64,000 nucleotides of DNA from the human T2T-CHM13v2.0 reference genome, Homo sapiens (GCF_009914755.1 NC_060928.1); one strand, 5' to 3'. Positions 18,934 to 34,764 are shown, numbered from the stretch's first letter. Made by a program: numbers and translations. The notes: generated by a model from the letters alone, not told the origin.

Positions 18934-21900
18934 AGAAAGTAATATGATATAATGTATATTTTTAAAAGATCTTTCTATAGAGAATGAATTATTAGGGGTG
19001 CATTAGAAGCAGAGAAGCCATTAAGAAATGATAGTGTTTGACAAAGGTGGCAAAGAGAAACAGAAAGAAACTTCATGAAGGAGAAGTCTGAGAGTGGCCT
19101 TATTTCCTTGTGACGTGTGTTTTCATGTTGTGGTTGTCGTTTGAGTTTCTGGTTATTGTCATTTTTATTGTTTGTAATATTTTTCTGAGTACCTCTATTG
19201 CATTGGGAAGTAGTTGCCTTAAATATCTGATGTAGAATATGTAGAAAACTGGGTAGAACTACGATGGGCACAATACATTTGAAGATTTGAAAGGTTGGAG
19301 AACAAAATAAAGACAGAAAAGGCGGATGGTTTATGTGGTACAAGGGAAAGAACTTGAATCTCTAATGGAACCCTCGGGTTTCTAGATCTTTGGAGGAAAT
19401 TGTTATATTTGTGTACTTAAGAGATTTATGATTTATGTTCCATTGATTGTATACATTGACTGGAAAATAAGTTAAAGAAGTAGAAAAATGGAATGTAAAA
19501 ATACTGACATATAAAAATGGAAACAGATTTTTACCTCACTGAGAAAGTCAATTCAATAAATATATATTTAGTATGTACAATTTAGAAATCAGTCTGCTTG
19601 GAATTACAAAATAGATGCTTGCTTATTTGACTTGGTTGTATTGAATTGAAGTAAATTGACTAAAATTGCACAATAAGGAGTAACTAATGTGATAGTCATC
19701 GTGTCAACAATAGGAAGAAAGATGTATGAATTTCAGAAGAGTTTACTGGATGAGAGTAACAGAATGCCAGCCTGAATATGGCAGATGTGAACAGGTGTGC
19801 ACAAAAGTATCAGAAAATACTTTTTGATCTTGTCTGAGTCAGATGTAAGAAAATAGCAAAGAAATATCAACAAAGCCTTAAAAGCTAGAATAGCTTGTAT
19901 ATTAATTTAAATTTTTCCTCTTTTAATAAAAAGAAAAAGATTATTCATGTGTGGAATAACCAGGAGACAAATAACAAATTAGAATGTTTTAAAGTTGGTT
20001 AAATCTAGTTCTAGAGGCACAAGCTTATATTGATGCACAACATAAATGAATTACTCTCAGGCCCTGGCAATTGAGTATGCAATAATTATAGCATAATGAG
20101 ATAATGAAGAGACTCTGTCAGGTTTTTTTTAAGCAGAGAGGCTTGAGGATACAAATATTTGAAAACAGAGAATACCAATTAGTTTTCATGTTGCCCTATT
20201 AGTAGGACAGAGACTTATATTTTGTTAATTCTGCAGTGAAATGAAAGAAGGAGGGAAACAAAATGCAACTCATATTATGGTGCTGGTGATAAACAAGTCA
20301 TGGCCATTATGTGCTGGAAACATAGTAATTGAAAATCAGATTTCCTTGCCAGCAAAAGCAACCTCTGAACTACTGTTGCACAAGTGATACATAGGATGGG
20401 GTCTTAGTCCGATTCCTATATTCTCTCTGTTTGCTTGGAATTTGGATCCCAAATGTGACATTTATCAGTACTTATCTAAAGAATATCTTAACACCATTTT
20501 AGGTTAATTATCGTTATATTTAGGTCCTAGCTATTTGATTTCTACCAGGCCTGGAAGGGTACTTAATTTTATACTTAAATTTATACTGCTTTGTAGGTGT
20601 CCAGTAAAATTAACATTATAAGTAGCTGTGCTCTAAGGTTAATTTGTTCTGTAAAATTACCCATATTTCTCCAGGGCATTCATTAGTGAAATAAAACAGA
20701 GAACTAATCTAGATGCAGAAGGATTATTGTTATTGCCATATGGTTATTTTTGATAAAATTCCCATTGAGATGACCTCCCAGGGATGGAACAAACAAAGCA
20801 GATTATGACAAATCTCAGCTCATATATAGCTTGCAAAAGCCACAGATGAAATTCCTGAGAATTGCAAGCCAATACAAACATTCGGAGGCCACTTGCTACT
20901 TGCTGCAGTAATGTATTGAAGAGTTTTTCAATGACATTTTGATGTTTCATAGGTATCTCAAACAAATATTATTAAGAACTAAGTTAAGCTTAATATTCTG
21001 CAGTAACGCTGGGCACATTTCAACAATTCAAATGCATTTCCAAACACTATTTGGCCTTTTGAGACTGAAAATAACAGTTCCTATAGGAAACAAGGGATAT
21101 TATGTCTTTAAAACACACACACGCACACACACAAATAAAAAATATAAATTATCTTGAAAAAGGTAATACTTTGACATTTTTAAATAGACGTATAATCCAT
21201 TTTGCTAATTTCCTATGTTTTCTTTACTTTTTGTTGTCATGTATGTTTATATTAGTTTTATCACAAAAGACTCAGGCTGTAGAGATTATCACAAAGTAAA
21301 ATATAGAAGATCTCAGCTCCCATCCATACTCTTCCTTCTTCAAAGGTAATAGGTTGTAATTTGCTGTAAAATTTTCTACTCTTTGTTCTGTTTATTTGCT
21401 TGCATGTACAGCATATGTATATATTTACATTTTTTTCCAAATTTGGATTAAGTCGTGATTTTTTATTCCTATAATTTGATTTTTTAATAAAATTTTGATT
21501 TGGGAGAATTTCTTGAAGGAGACTAGGGTAGGTCATTCACAGAAGAGAAGAAAGTGTTTAACGGCCACTGTTTCAACAGTAGAAGTTTGTTGACCATTCC
21601 AGGAGCTGAGATTAAGGTAGAAAACTCTTTAATTTTTCTATGCTATGTAAATTTTAAAACAATATAAATATTAAGAATATGCATATTTATAAACTGTCTT
21701 TTCACCCAACATTATGTCAGCATTTTCCCATGTCATTGCACTTTAATTTTAAAGTTTTTGTGTTGGTTTCTTATATGTATTCACCACAATTTACTTAAAT
21801 ATTACATTTTTACATAATTCTAACTTTGACTTTGGAAATTTCATTTTTTCTATTAATATATAATGTTGTAATTAATATTATTGAGCATAAATCTTTTTTC

Positions 21901-24114
21901 TCAGCTAAGATCAATATCTTAGCAGAGCTTCTCATAAGTGAAGTACTAATTTAAAACTGTTAATACTTTCAGAGTAGTTGTTGCCTTCATTTAAACTGAG
22001 GTTAAATAGAAAACTATTTTATTAAAGCCTCAGAGTGATATTATGAGTGATTGTGGTTGGTTAATGATATAAAAGCCTCTTAACTGCTTTGTTTTAAATG
22101 CTCCAACTGATAAGATTTTCATAAACCCACTTCATTAATGCCGGTTTCCTCTTATAGCTACCAAACTTATGTCCATGGAACTGCTCTGTCTCTGTACACA
22201 CTGGTAATTACAGTTTCTCAAGAAACTATTTATTTAGAATACTTACAGCCTGTTTGGCTCAAGGAAAAGAAAAACAAATATCTCTAAAATATTATATGGA
22301 AATTAAATCACCTAATCTGTTGACAATGTTGAAAACTTTGCTTGGCCTACCACTCCTAAAAGCTCATATATGTATGCTTATATATGCCCAAATCTTAAAT
22401 TGTACTGAATTTAGCTAGGGTTCCGTAGCAGATTGAATTCATAGGAAGGCGATGATGTAACTCACGGAAGTGAAAAGAGAGCTGAAGAAATAGAGCTGGA
22501 CAATTTTGGAAAAATCTGTTGACTTCTCCAAGCAGCTGCCATTAATACAACTCAGTTCCAGCAGTTCCCTGTTTTTGATATCTCCAAGTCCAAATTTCAC
22601 ATGCTTAATAATGAGGATCCAGTTCACCTACTCATGATCCATGTTCCAGGACAAAAATTTCAAAGGACACATAGCCACTGAGGATACAACTCTGTGTGTT
22701 TAGTGGGACAGAAGAATTATCATGAGCAGGCCACATCTTAATTGTCCTAATTGGTATCATCAACAGCTGCTAAGAATCTTGATAGTTATTCATGAATATT
22801 TACTAAATACACTATGTAAGTGAGAAAACAAGTTTAGAGACTGGTATTAGGGAATTTGTTAGATTTGTCTTTTGAAAGCAACAGGAACTTGAGGTGCTGT
22901 CTAAAATTGGGAAGTATATAACAAGAAAGTTTTCTGTTTGGGTCCTAGCTTTGAGCAAGCTTAGGGTCAAATGAAAGATTACCATTTATTGTTAACATAT
23001 TTGCTGTTTGCTGTAGGTTCTAGTCTTAATTTTTTAAATATATCTTTTCATTCATCATGTAGGTCACTGTAAATTGCTACAAATCCTGTGTCATGGTTCA
23101 GAAATACAAATAAGTAATAGAAATAAATTTTCATAAGGTTATATAAATTAGGACTAGTATTAAACTCCAGGTTTGTGGCTCAAAATACAGCTTCAAGTGC
23201 ATTTAACCATCACTGTTATTAAAACTCAAAACACCCCAAGTCATTTTAAATTTCTACTCCACTGTTTAACCTACAGCTTGCCTTCTTTCGCTTCTCAGAT
23301 TATTTTATTAATAATGGTAATTTTAGACTGATAATTTTTAAATTCTCTTGCTTATTTATTCTATTATTATATAACTTTAAACACAGTTGATTCCAATGCA
23401 GCTGAAGCAGTTGCCTGGAATTGGGGCAGATAAAATCTATAAATCATAATTTACGTTGTCAAGAAAACCTAGTTCACTGTTTTAATAATTATTTTTTACT
23501 AAGAAGTAAAAGCCAGATTGATTTTGACAGTTTTTATAAGGATGATAATATCAGAAACTTATCAGATGATTATTATATATATATTTCACAGAAGATATAT
23601 ATATATATACACATAGATGGATATAGATAAATGAAAAGTTCTACAGTTAGAAAATCATTTGTTATCTCTAATAAAGGTGTGAAGAGAAGTTCAAATAACT
23701 ATAATAAGGTAAAAAATATATATTACATTTTTACCTGGCATCAGAATTTTGTTAGGTAGTAGGCTGTCTTTTTTTAAAAAAAAGTAAGTATCTTGCCAAC
23801 CTCCCTTGAATCAGCATACTGAGATCCAAAAGATATTATTTGGAAATCAATTAAAAAATAGAAAGATAGCCTAAGAACCATAAATTTGAGGTTGGAGAAC
23901 CTGGAGAAAGAGGAATGGGAATGGGATTAGATTAATTAAACTATGGATGTGGCTTGAATTTAAAGTCTGGAGACCTGGAGAACATGATCAGGAAAGAAAT
24001 TGCCACTAGCAGTTTGGTCAAAAGACTTTTATGAACAGGACATTTCTTAATGTTTTATTTTAAAGTGTGTTACTGTAATATAAATGTGCCCTTCCTCCAA
24101 CTTCTGCAAAACAT

Positions 24115-24311
24115 TTGTTTATTTTTCGAGACAGTCTCTCACTCTGTAAGCCAGGCTGGAGTGCAGTGGTAATCTTGACTTACTGCAATGTCTGCCTTCT
24201 GGGCTCAAGCCCAGCCCCCAAAGTAGCTGGGACCGCAGGCATGCACTGCCACTCCTGGCTAACTTTTATATTTTTTTGTAGAGATGAGGTTTCACCATGT
24301 TGCCCAGGCTA
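24115..24311 (-). mobile_element. Partial AluJ
   Basis: Diverged antisense Alu with GGGCTCAAG and GTTGCCCAGGCT. Confidence 0.85.
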
Positions 24312-25761
24312 GCATTCTTAAATTCTACTGTATGTATGCATTGGTTTTATTTCAAAAATACGTGCATATTTTTATTTTATTTTTGAGTGTGGGGAGATCA
24401 AGCAAAATAAGCTATATATCACTCTTGAAACAGCACTGAATACAGAGAAAAGACCATCTGCAGAATTAGAGACATGTATGGGATCAAAATTTGGGTAGTT
24501 GTAAGTAGAAAAGGTATGATTGTTTCAAGGGGATGATTTAAATGGATTAGGTTTAAATATGAGAGGATAAGGTAAACTCATCTGGCATTTTGAACTCATT
24601 ACTGAAGCACACAAAATAACATAAGTACCATCGAAGAGTTTAAAAAATGGTGGGAGATAGAGTTGATAGATAATTCAAGGCAGAAATAGATCAAGCATTT
24701 ATTTGGTCATTTTCAAGAGGGTAGTTGAGGATGATTTAAAATTCTTCAAAGTGAAGAAGGGAAAATATATTCCAGAAAGAAAAATGTGTTAAAAAGATGA
24801 TTGGATTCCTTTGGCTTCAATACGCTTATACAATGTCTCTGGAAGAAGTAATCTTAGAGTCACCCTGGTAAGATGAAAAATGTTTTTTGATTATAGATAC
24901 TCAATACAGAAAACTCCTGCCGGTGGCAGAATGAATCCTGAAATTGTGAGAGAAACATCCATCTCATGGATATACTATCACTTTTATCCAGACTTGATAG
25001 GGCTCCAAAGTGAGATATCTTTTGAGTATTTTATATGTTTTATTGTCTAGATGACTTGGCTATTGGTTAGAACTGTAGATATAGATATATAATGTTTTTA
25101 TTTGTAATTAACAAACTTGCCTATATTTATGGAATTGAATTATTAAATCAAACTAATGTATCAAAAGAACAGTAGATGATTTATAAGATCTATTCTCCTC
25201 TCTCATCACTTATTAAAGAGGGGCTAAGAAAACATTTGTAGAGGTATGTGTAACTTTTACAAGAAATAGATCATTGAAAGTGCCCACCACATAGTTGGTA
25301 TTAAAATCTGTGTGGATTGATGAGATCACATAGATCACAGTGGTGCAGATAAAAATCAAAAAGGTCATAGAAAAAAGTCTGAGTCACTTAAAAATTTGAA
25401 GATTTTTTTCATCCTGATATTTTGGAAGCATGAGTGTGGAATAGAATTTGGTCAGAATCACCTCAACCCATATATTTGGAATCAAATTCATAGGTGCGTT
25501 ATGTGTCCCTTCATTTATTTGTATTTCATATATATTTGTATATGTTTATATTTCATTTATTTATATTTCCCTCATTTCTTCTTCTTCTCTCCTTTTTGTG
25601 CTCTCCTGATGGAGGTATATACGTCATAACTTTATTAACTTCCAACTCAGTATTCACAATTTGGGGAGCGGGTTATCTTTGTATGTATAAACTTATAAAT
25701 TTTCTACAAAACAAAAGGAGTTAGTAGAGCTTGGAATAAACAGTCATGGGTGCATAAGATG

Positions 25762-26211
25762 TGTGATGGTTAATACTGAGTGTCAACTTGATTGGATTGA
25801 AGGGTGCAAAGTATTGTTCCTGGGTGTGTCTGTGAGGATGTTGTCAAATGACTTAACATTTGAGTCGGTGGACTGTGAAAGGCAGACCCACTCTCAATCT
25901 GTGTATCATCATCTAATCAGCTTCCAGCATGATCAGAATAAAAGCAGGCAGAAGAACATGGAAAGACTAGACTGGTTTAGTCTTCTGGCCTACATCTTTC
26001 TCCCGTGGTGAATGCTTCCTGCCCTCGAACATCTGACTCCAAGTTCTTCAGTTTTGGGACTTGGACTGGCTTTCTTGCTCCTAAGCTTACAGATGGCCTA
26101 TTGTGGGACCTCACCTTGTGATCATGTGAGTCAATACTACTTAATAAACTCCCTCTTATAAATACACCTATCCTATTAGTTCTGTCCCTCTAGAGAACCC
26201 CGCCAAATACA
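25762..26211 (+). mobile_element. MLT2A (HERV-L) solo LTR
   Basis: Starts TGTGATGGTTAATACTGAGTGTCAACTTGATTGGATTGAAG; ends CCTATTAGTTCTGTCCCTCTAGAGAACCC...AATACA; AATAAA near 26143. Confidence 0.92.
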
Positions 26212-28659
26212 GATTTATGTAAATTTTCTGTAAGTTCAAGCTTGCTGTATATAAAACAAAGCTTAGAGTATTATGAACATTGTCATTGACAATAATTTTT
26301 CATTTCTATTTTTTGGCTAAAAGAATTTACTAAGTAATTCACTCACACTCACAAAGTCTATTAAACAATTAGCAAATTACAGATTTTTAAAATTCTACCA
26401 TAACATGTCTGGTACATTGGTTATATAGGGTAAAAATTGATCTTATAGTTTTTTATGCCTCAAATCAAATATAAATTTGCTTCATGTTCTTCTGATATTT
26501 ATACTTAGGAAAGTCTTTTTATAATAGAAAATATAGACATGAATGTGAAGAGTAGCATTGACATTACTGCACTAAAAATTCATTATTATTTTTTTCTTAT
26601 GCAAATTAGTTAAGTCTAGTTGCAGAGCTTTTCACATGAAGATGGTATTCAGTTCCTTCACTATTTATAGATACAAACCATACAACTTAACAATTAAATT
26701 CTGTCAGGCATTATTTTCACAATATTTCACCTGCGAGCCTCTCTCTCCTCAGTCAGATTTTATGCTTACCAAGGGCAGGTCCATTTTTATAGTAATTTTG
26801 TATTCCCACTGAATCTGTGATAATGTTTTGTGCGCAGAATATCATCTAAAATAATTGATTGGTTCATATCTTATCATCATATGTCCCCACAATTTTATTC
26901 TTGATTTTATATGACTGGTTTGGCGAGGTATTAAAAGGTCATAATTATGAGCAAACTAAGAATGTAAACAAGTCAAAACAAATAGATTTAAACTAATTTT
27001 TATTATTTGATCTATTTAAACAAATCATAAATGTAATTATTATTATTTGCACAATGCAACAAGTATATGTGCATATCTCTGTGTTTGCATATTTAATATT
27101 TATTTGGAGAGAAAAAGAGAATGTATTCAAACTGAAAATTTAACCCAAAACAAAGTTTGGTGACATTTTTAAGTTATACATGTTATGAAAGAAATAATTT
27201 GAGAAAAATGCCTTTCATTTTCATTAGTTTACTTTCCTAATATTATTTGGCATTACTTTCCAGTAGATACAGAGACATGTTCAGCACAGTCTTGACCATT
27301 CAGAGCATATTATTTAGTAGGGAACAAGGCAGGTGCAAATATCTATAAAGTAACCAAACCTGTGCCAGATTACTTAAAACCAGATATATTTGTAATGTGA
27401 CCATATATACAACTAAAATGATAATGGCTAGAAAATATTTCATTGATAAAAGTAAAATCACAGTACTGAGTTAAGAGCAAGTTGAAGTCCTTTTTGTAGG
27501 TGAACAGTAGAAATCCTAACCTTTATCCTAACACTAATCCTAACTAACACTCTGTTAAGTCTAAAATTTGAACCAGCTCTTAAATGATGGCTATCATATA
27601 TAGCTGAAGATTTCAAGGAGAAAAACCATTCCAGATGGAGATCAGCTTGAAAAAGCATGATAGTAAAACAGTACGGTGAGTTTGAAAACTGGCAATATGG
27701 TCTGTTTGTATACGTTTTCTGATCTGTTACAGCACATTTAGCAGTTGTTTTTCTGTTTGTTTGTTATTCCCTAACCCATAAAAGATGTAAAAATGGACTA
27801 AACTAGTGCCTGTTTCTATCCCACACCCACTGCCCATATTGCACTTCAACATGTGTTTCATTTCTCTGGTTTCTTTTTTGATCACTTCTAGTTTTCTCTC
27901 TCTCTAACCCCCTGATTTTGGTACATCTGTTGGAGCATCTGTCTAGCTTTTCATTGAATCTTCTCTAAAAAGGATATATCCCATCACTTCCCTCGCCCCA
28001 AGCACCACTGCCGCTCATGCCTGTTTATGACTTCATGCCTGGTCCAGCCCTCAAGTTGGGGTGATCAGCAAGAGGGCGGGTACTGTCAGAAATAAAAGCT
28101 GAGTTCATATCATAGTGGAGATGATATCAATTAGCACCTTACATAATTTTTATTTTATTTGACTCATATTTCTAATTGTATTATTTTAACATCTGACACA
28201 TTGTTCCTTTTATTAAAACGTCCTGAAAAAAATTAAATCTATGAATTATTAAATATGTATTTTAATTTGTTTCATATCCAAATAAAGCATAGTATTTATT
28301 AAACTGCAATAGGAAGCCAGTGAATATTTTTTAAACTGCAGTGAGATGCCGCTGTGAAGCTGGTCAGTAGTGAAGCTGTACGATTGTAAAAGTGCTTTAT
28401 GAAAATAACATCTGGCCATAAAATCTAATCTCCTATATAACAATATAATTGTTTTATTGTTAATGTAATAATGTAGCATTTTTGAAAATAAAGTTCTTTG
28501 TTCAATTTTTAAATTGAGTGCTCTGATTTATATACCACATTCATGTATATTTGCTTTGTTCCTTCCATTTGTTTAACATGTATAATAAGACTTTGTGTTT
28601 TAAAATACAGAAGACAAGGCAGATAGTTTCTAAAGGTAAGTATACATATGCATTTTTAA

Positions 28660-30200
28660 AATGACAAAATTCAAAGCATAGAGCTAAGAATGCTGCTAAA
28701 TAAAATTGAGAATTCAATGGCTGGGCTTAACAGAAGATTAGATAAAGCTGAGGTTACTAAAAGAGAAACAACCACATTGTTAAACAGTAAAAAAGCTTAA
28801 GAATAGAGCCCCAGTAGAGAAAAATAATGGAGCAGAAACATTTTTAAAAAGATATTGGCTAAAATTTTTCAAAACTAGTTTAAGGTTTTAGGCTAGACAC
28901 TCAAGAAACATTACTTAGACTAAATAAGATAAATACAAAGAAAATCACATCATAGCATACTAAAATAAAACTGAGACCAGCCTCCCAAATAAAGGAGAAA
29001 AAATATTTTAAAAACAACCAGAAAAAACACAACTGTTTCCTTTCAAAGTAGCAATAATAAAATGATAGAAGACTCATTAAATTAAACACTAAAACTCAGA
29101 AGCAAATGAAATGATTTCTTCAAAGGCTGGAAAAAAATCTTTCAATTCAGAATCCTACTCAAAGCAGCCTTAAAAAATAATCATACAATTAAAACATTTT
29201 CAGAAAAAAAACTGAGAGAATCTGTCACCATCACTAAAGAAAACACTAAATAATTTTTTTAACTTTTTTTGTCTTTTTTTATTGTACTTTTAAGTTCTAG
29301 GGTACATGTGCACAACGTGCAGGTTTGTTACATATGTACACATGTGCCATGTTGGTGTGCTGCACCCATTAACTCGTCATTTATATTAGGTATATCTCCC
29401 CCGTGCCCCCACCCTACAACAGGCCCCGGTGTGTGATGTTCCCCTTCCTGTGTCCAAGTGTTCTCATTGTTTAATTCCCACCTATGAGTGAGAATATGCG
29501 GTGTTTGGTTTTTTTGTCTTTGCGATAGTTTGCTGAGAATGATGCTTTCCAGCTTCATCCACGTCCCTGCAAAGGACATGAACTCATTCTTTTTTATGGC
29601 TGCATAGTATTCCATGGTGTATATGTGCCACATTTTCTTAATCCAGTCTATCATTGATGGACATTTGGGTTGGTTCCAAGTCTTTGCTATTGTGAATAGT
29701 GCTGTAATAAACATACTTGTGCATGTGTCTTTATAGCAGCATGATTTATAATTCTTTGGGTATATACCCAGTAATGGGATGGCTGGGTCAAATGGTTCTC
29801 ATAAATAATTTTATTTTATGAGAAAAAAGTAATCCCAGAAGGCAACTCAGGGAATCAGCAATGAATTTAAAAAGCAATGAAAAATATAATTATGTATATT
29901 AGTAACAGTTATAAGACTGAGTAAAAATAGCACTAATACTGGTCTCTGAGTGTACTGCATATATAGAAGTAAATAATCAGCAAACAATAAAGTAGCAAGG
30001 TAAATGGAATTAAAGTGTTTTAATAGGAAATAATGAAATTATTAATTTATATTAAACTATGATAAGTAAAGGATATTATTATAATTTTTTGGATGACCAT
30101 TGAAATAATAGTTGAGTATTAATAGAGGGAAAATAATAAAAATATAATCTAGGCATTAGGAAGAGCGAATAAAAATGAACACAGTGATTTGAAACCAAAA
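28660..30200 (+). mobile_element. Very old L1M (ORF1-region) remnant, interrupted by an L1PA
   Basis: A-rich text such as AATTCAATGGCTGGGCTTAACAGAAGATTAGA and CAATTCAGAATCCTA. Confidence 0.55.
29258..29800 (-). mobile_element. 5'-truncated L1PA (PA4-6-like) 3' end
   Basis: ORF2 C-terminus MFITALFTIAKTWNQPKCPSMIDWIKKMW; TSD TAAATAATTTT at 29247-29257 and 29802-29812. Confidence 0.95.
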
Positions 30201-30934
30201 GAAAAGTGAGGATATACTGGGAAAGACCAGGGAGTGAGGGGCTGGTGTAGAGAATCCCATGGCAAAGTGCAAAAAGGTGGGCCTTTATTTCCTTAGACTG
30301 GGGAAAGTATGGTTCTATGTTGATCCATTTTTCATGAAAATTTTATTTAAATATTCTAGTCTGCCTCTACCAAGGTAAGAGTAGTCTCAAGGGAGTTACA
30401 TGAATCTTCTGCACAGGCCTGAAAATGGCATCATTGCAACATTTGAATTCACTTATAGGAGATGAGTAGAGGACTGCTTGTGTGACCCATTTCATCATCT
30501 CTGGTGCTTTGATTTGCTTTTTCCTTTTGTCCATAAAGATATGAACTAAAAAAATATGAATATAGAAAGGCCTCTGTTTTGCTAGCACTTTAGAGGAGTG
30601 GGTATAAGATGTGGCTTCCAGCTACAGCACCTTCCAGAGTGTTTGTTGCTTGAAATGATTTAGGCATTTCTGATAGAACTGCCAACTGCCATGACTTTTT
30701 CTTTGGAAAAGATGTTAGCATTATGCACAAAGAAAAATCTTCATAGCTTCTGACATGGTAACATCACTTCTACAAACTTTCCATAATAAAATACAATTTT
30801 GAAAATTAAACCTGTGTTCTATTATGTTCAACAAAGATTCATAATAGAGACAATCATAAAATAATCTAAATGGCTAGTTATATTTGAATACTTAACTGCT
30901 TTAAAGAACATTTATGAAGTCTAATATGATTTTA

Positions 30935-33715
30935 AAATACGGTAATAAAAAACAACAACAAAAGAAAGCCCAGGACCAAATGGAGTCACAGCTAAGTTAT
31001 ATGACCCATACAAAGAAGAACTAATGTCAATCCTCCCAAAAGTGCCCCAGAAAATCAAGGAGGAGAGACTTCTTTCTAACTTCTTATATAAAAAGGCCAG
31101 TATCACCTTGATACCAAAGCCAGACAAGGAGACACACACAAGATAAAACTACACATCAAAATACCTGATAAACAGGGAAACAAACATCCTCAGCAAAATA
31201 CTAGCAAACCAAATCAAAAAGTAAATCAAAAAGATACTACTCCATGATCAAATGGGTTTTACCAGGGATGCCAGGATTGTTCAACACATGCAACTTAACA
31301 AATGCTATACACCACATAAACGGAATTAAGGACAAAAAGTATGATTATCACAATAGATGCAGAAAAAGTATTTGACAAAATTCATGATAAAAATCCTCAA
31401 CAAATTAGGCAGACAAGAGGCATACCTCAAAATTATAAAGGCCATATATGACAAAGCCATAGCCAATATCATACTAAATTAGGAAAAGTTGAAAGCAGTC
31501 ACTCTAAGAAATGGAACAACACAAGGATGCCCACTTTTACCATTCCTTTTCAACGTAGTACTGGAAATTCTAGCCAGAGCATTCAGGCAAGAGAAAGAAG
31601 TAGAAGGCATCCACATTGAAAAAGAAGAAGTCAAGTTTTCCCTGTACACTGATGATATAATCTCATATCTACAAAAGATACAAGAAGACTAAAGATTCCA
31701 CCAAAAAAACTTAGCTTTTATAAGTGACTTCACTAAAGTTTCTGGATATAAAATCAACATCCAAAAATTAGTGGCATTTCTATATACCAATAACAATCTA
31801 GAGGAGAACCAAATCAAGAAGGTAATCCCATTTACAACAGTGACTAAATTAAAAAAAAAAAAACTTAGCTAATATATTTAACCAAGGAGGTGAAATATCT
31901 CCACACACACACACACAAAAACCCTACTAAAGCTGTAGATGACACAAACCTCCCTTCTGGTAATTAGAATAATTAATATTGGTAAAAATGATCGTACTTC
32001 TTAAAGCATTAGACAGAGTCAATGCAATCCCTGTCAAAATACTAACACCATTTTTCACAGAATTAGAAAAAACAATCCCCAAATTCACATGGAACCATAA
32101 AAGAGCCTGAATAGCTAAAGCAATCCTAAGCAAACTCTGGAAGCATCATAGAATCTGACTTCAAATATACTACAAAGCTGTAATGACCAAAACAGTATGA
32201 TACCAGTATAAAAATAGACACAGAGATCAATGGAACATAATAGAGAATCCAGAAATAAAGCTATTTATCTACAGCCAATGGATCTTTGACAAAATTGAGA
32301 AGAAATGCATTGGGGAAAAGACACCCTTGTCATTAAATGATGCTGGGAAAACTGGATAGGCATAATGCAGAAGAATAAAACTGAGCTACATAAGAAAATC
32401 AACTTATGATGGATTAAAAACTTATATATGTCCTAAAACTATAAAAATATTAGAAGAAAAGCTAGGCTAAACTCTCTGGACATTGATCTAGGCAAAGAAT
32501 TCAGGACTAAGACCTCAAAAACACAAGCAATAATAAAAAAATAGACAAGTCTTAAACTAAAAAGCTTCTGCAAAGCAAAAGAAACAATTAACAGTGAAAA
32601 GACAAAGTGCAGAATGTGAGAAAATATTTTCAAACTATGTATCTTACAGGGGACTAATATCCAGAATTTACAAGGAACTCAAATAACAACAAAAACAAAA
32701 TGAAAACAAATACCCATTAAAAGACAGGCCAAGAACATAAATAGATGTTTTGCAAAAGAAGACATATAAATGGCTAACAAGCATGTGAAAAAAATGTTCA
32801 ACATCCCTAATCATCAGAGAAATACAAATTAAAATCACAGTGAGATATCATCTTACACCAGTTAGAATAGTTACCAATAGAAATGTTATAAATAATGCCT
32901 CCTTTAATTTCTTCTATCCTTTATAGGAATATTGAAAGCACTAAATGACAAAATATATACAAAGCACAGAGCACAATATTAAATTGCCTAAGAACAAAAA
33001 AAGAAAAAAGAATAGTTATGTTGGCAAGGATGTGAAGAAAAAGGAACTCTTATACATTATTGATGGAAATGTAAATTGGTACAACTTCTACATAAAGCAG
33101 TATGCAGATTTTTTTCAAAGATTAAAAATAGTACTACCATTTGGTCCGGAAATCCCACTACTGGTATCTATGTAAAGAAAAAAAATTATTATATCAAAAA
33201 ACTCTCTAAACTTGTATGTTTATTGCAGCAGTACTCACAATAGGAAAGACATGGAACCACCCCTCATGTCCATTACCAGATGATTCAACAAAGAAAATGT
33301 TGTGTGTGTGTGTGTGTATATATATAGATATATATGGAATATTTTTATTCCATATAAATATACAATGGAATAGTATTCACACATAAAAAATAAAATCATG
33401 TGTTTGCAGCAACATGGATGGAATTGGAAGCCATTATCTTGAGTGAAACCAGTCAGACACAGAAAGACATATGTAGCATGTTCTCATTTATAAATGTCAA
33501 TTAAAGATGTACACATGAATATGAAGTTGGAATGACAGAAAAAGGAGGCTCACAGGAGTGAGGCAGTGGGAGGAAGTAGATGATGGTAAATTACTTAATG
33601 GGTACAATATTTTATTCAACTGATGAATACACCAAAATCCCTGACTTTACCACTATCCCATCAATCCATGTGACAAAATTACACTTGCACCCCATAAATT
33701 TATAGCAATAAAAAA
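30935..33715 (+). mobile_element. 5'-truncated L1PB/L1MA-age LINE (RT region to 3' end)
   Basis: RT peptide [23 protein letters not shown]...SLYTDD; 3' end CACTTGCACCCCATAAATTTATAGCAATAAAAAA. Confidence 0.92.
32884..32999 (+). repeat. ~116-bp copy of 34237-34351 inserted in the L1
   Basis: Direct alignment by eye, about 14 mismatches + 1 indel. Confidence 0.92.
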
Positions 33716-34129
33716 GTGCATAAAAATAAAATTGCACAGGTACTACGATCATAGCTATGCAAATACATGTAAAGATTAGAAGAAAAATTAGCAACATGTG
33801 TCAATACATGTGACAATAGTATCTTTATATAGACATTATTAAAATTAGTGATTTTATATCTTGTCCTGCTAGTCGGTATTTTTATTTTGAGTATTGATTG
33901 TACTTTTATGGACAAATGCACAGTAAATGTTATTCAGCTTTAAATTCCCCTTGGAAAATTGCAGGAAAATATACATATATTATCATATTAAATAAATTAA
34001 ATATTATATATTTATACATTTGTATATGTTAAATATAAATTAGAACATTATATATGATATATAAATATGTATTACATATATAAATTGTATGTATAGTTAG
34101 TCAATTTGACATACGCCTAAGACTTGGGG

Positions 34130-34764
<635 letters not shown>

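Noticed and set aside
27510-27550. Telomere-like CCTAAC repeats
   Set aside because: Only about four degenerate units; insufficient for an interstitial telomeric sequence.
33960-34100. Extremely AT-rich tract
   Set aside because: Ordinary low-complexity sequence with no defined periodicity.
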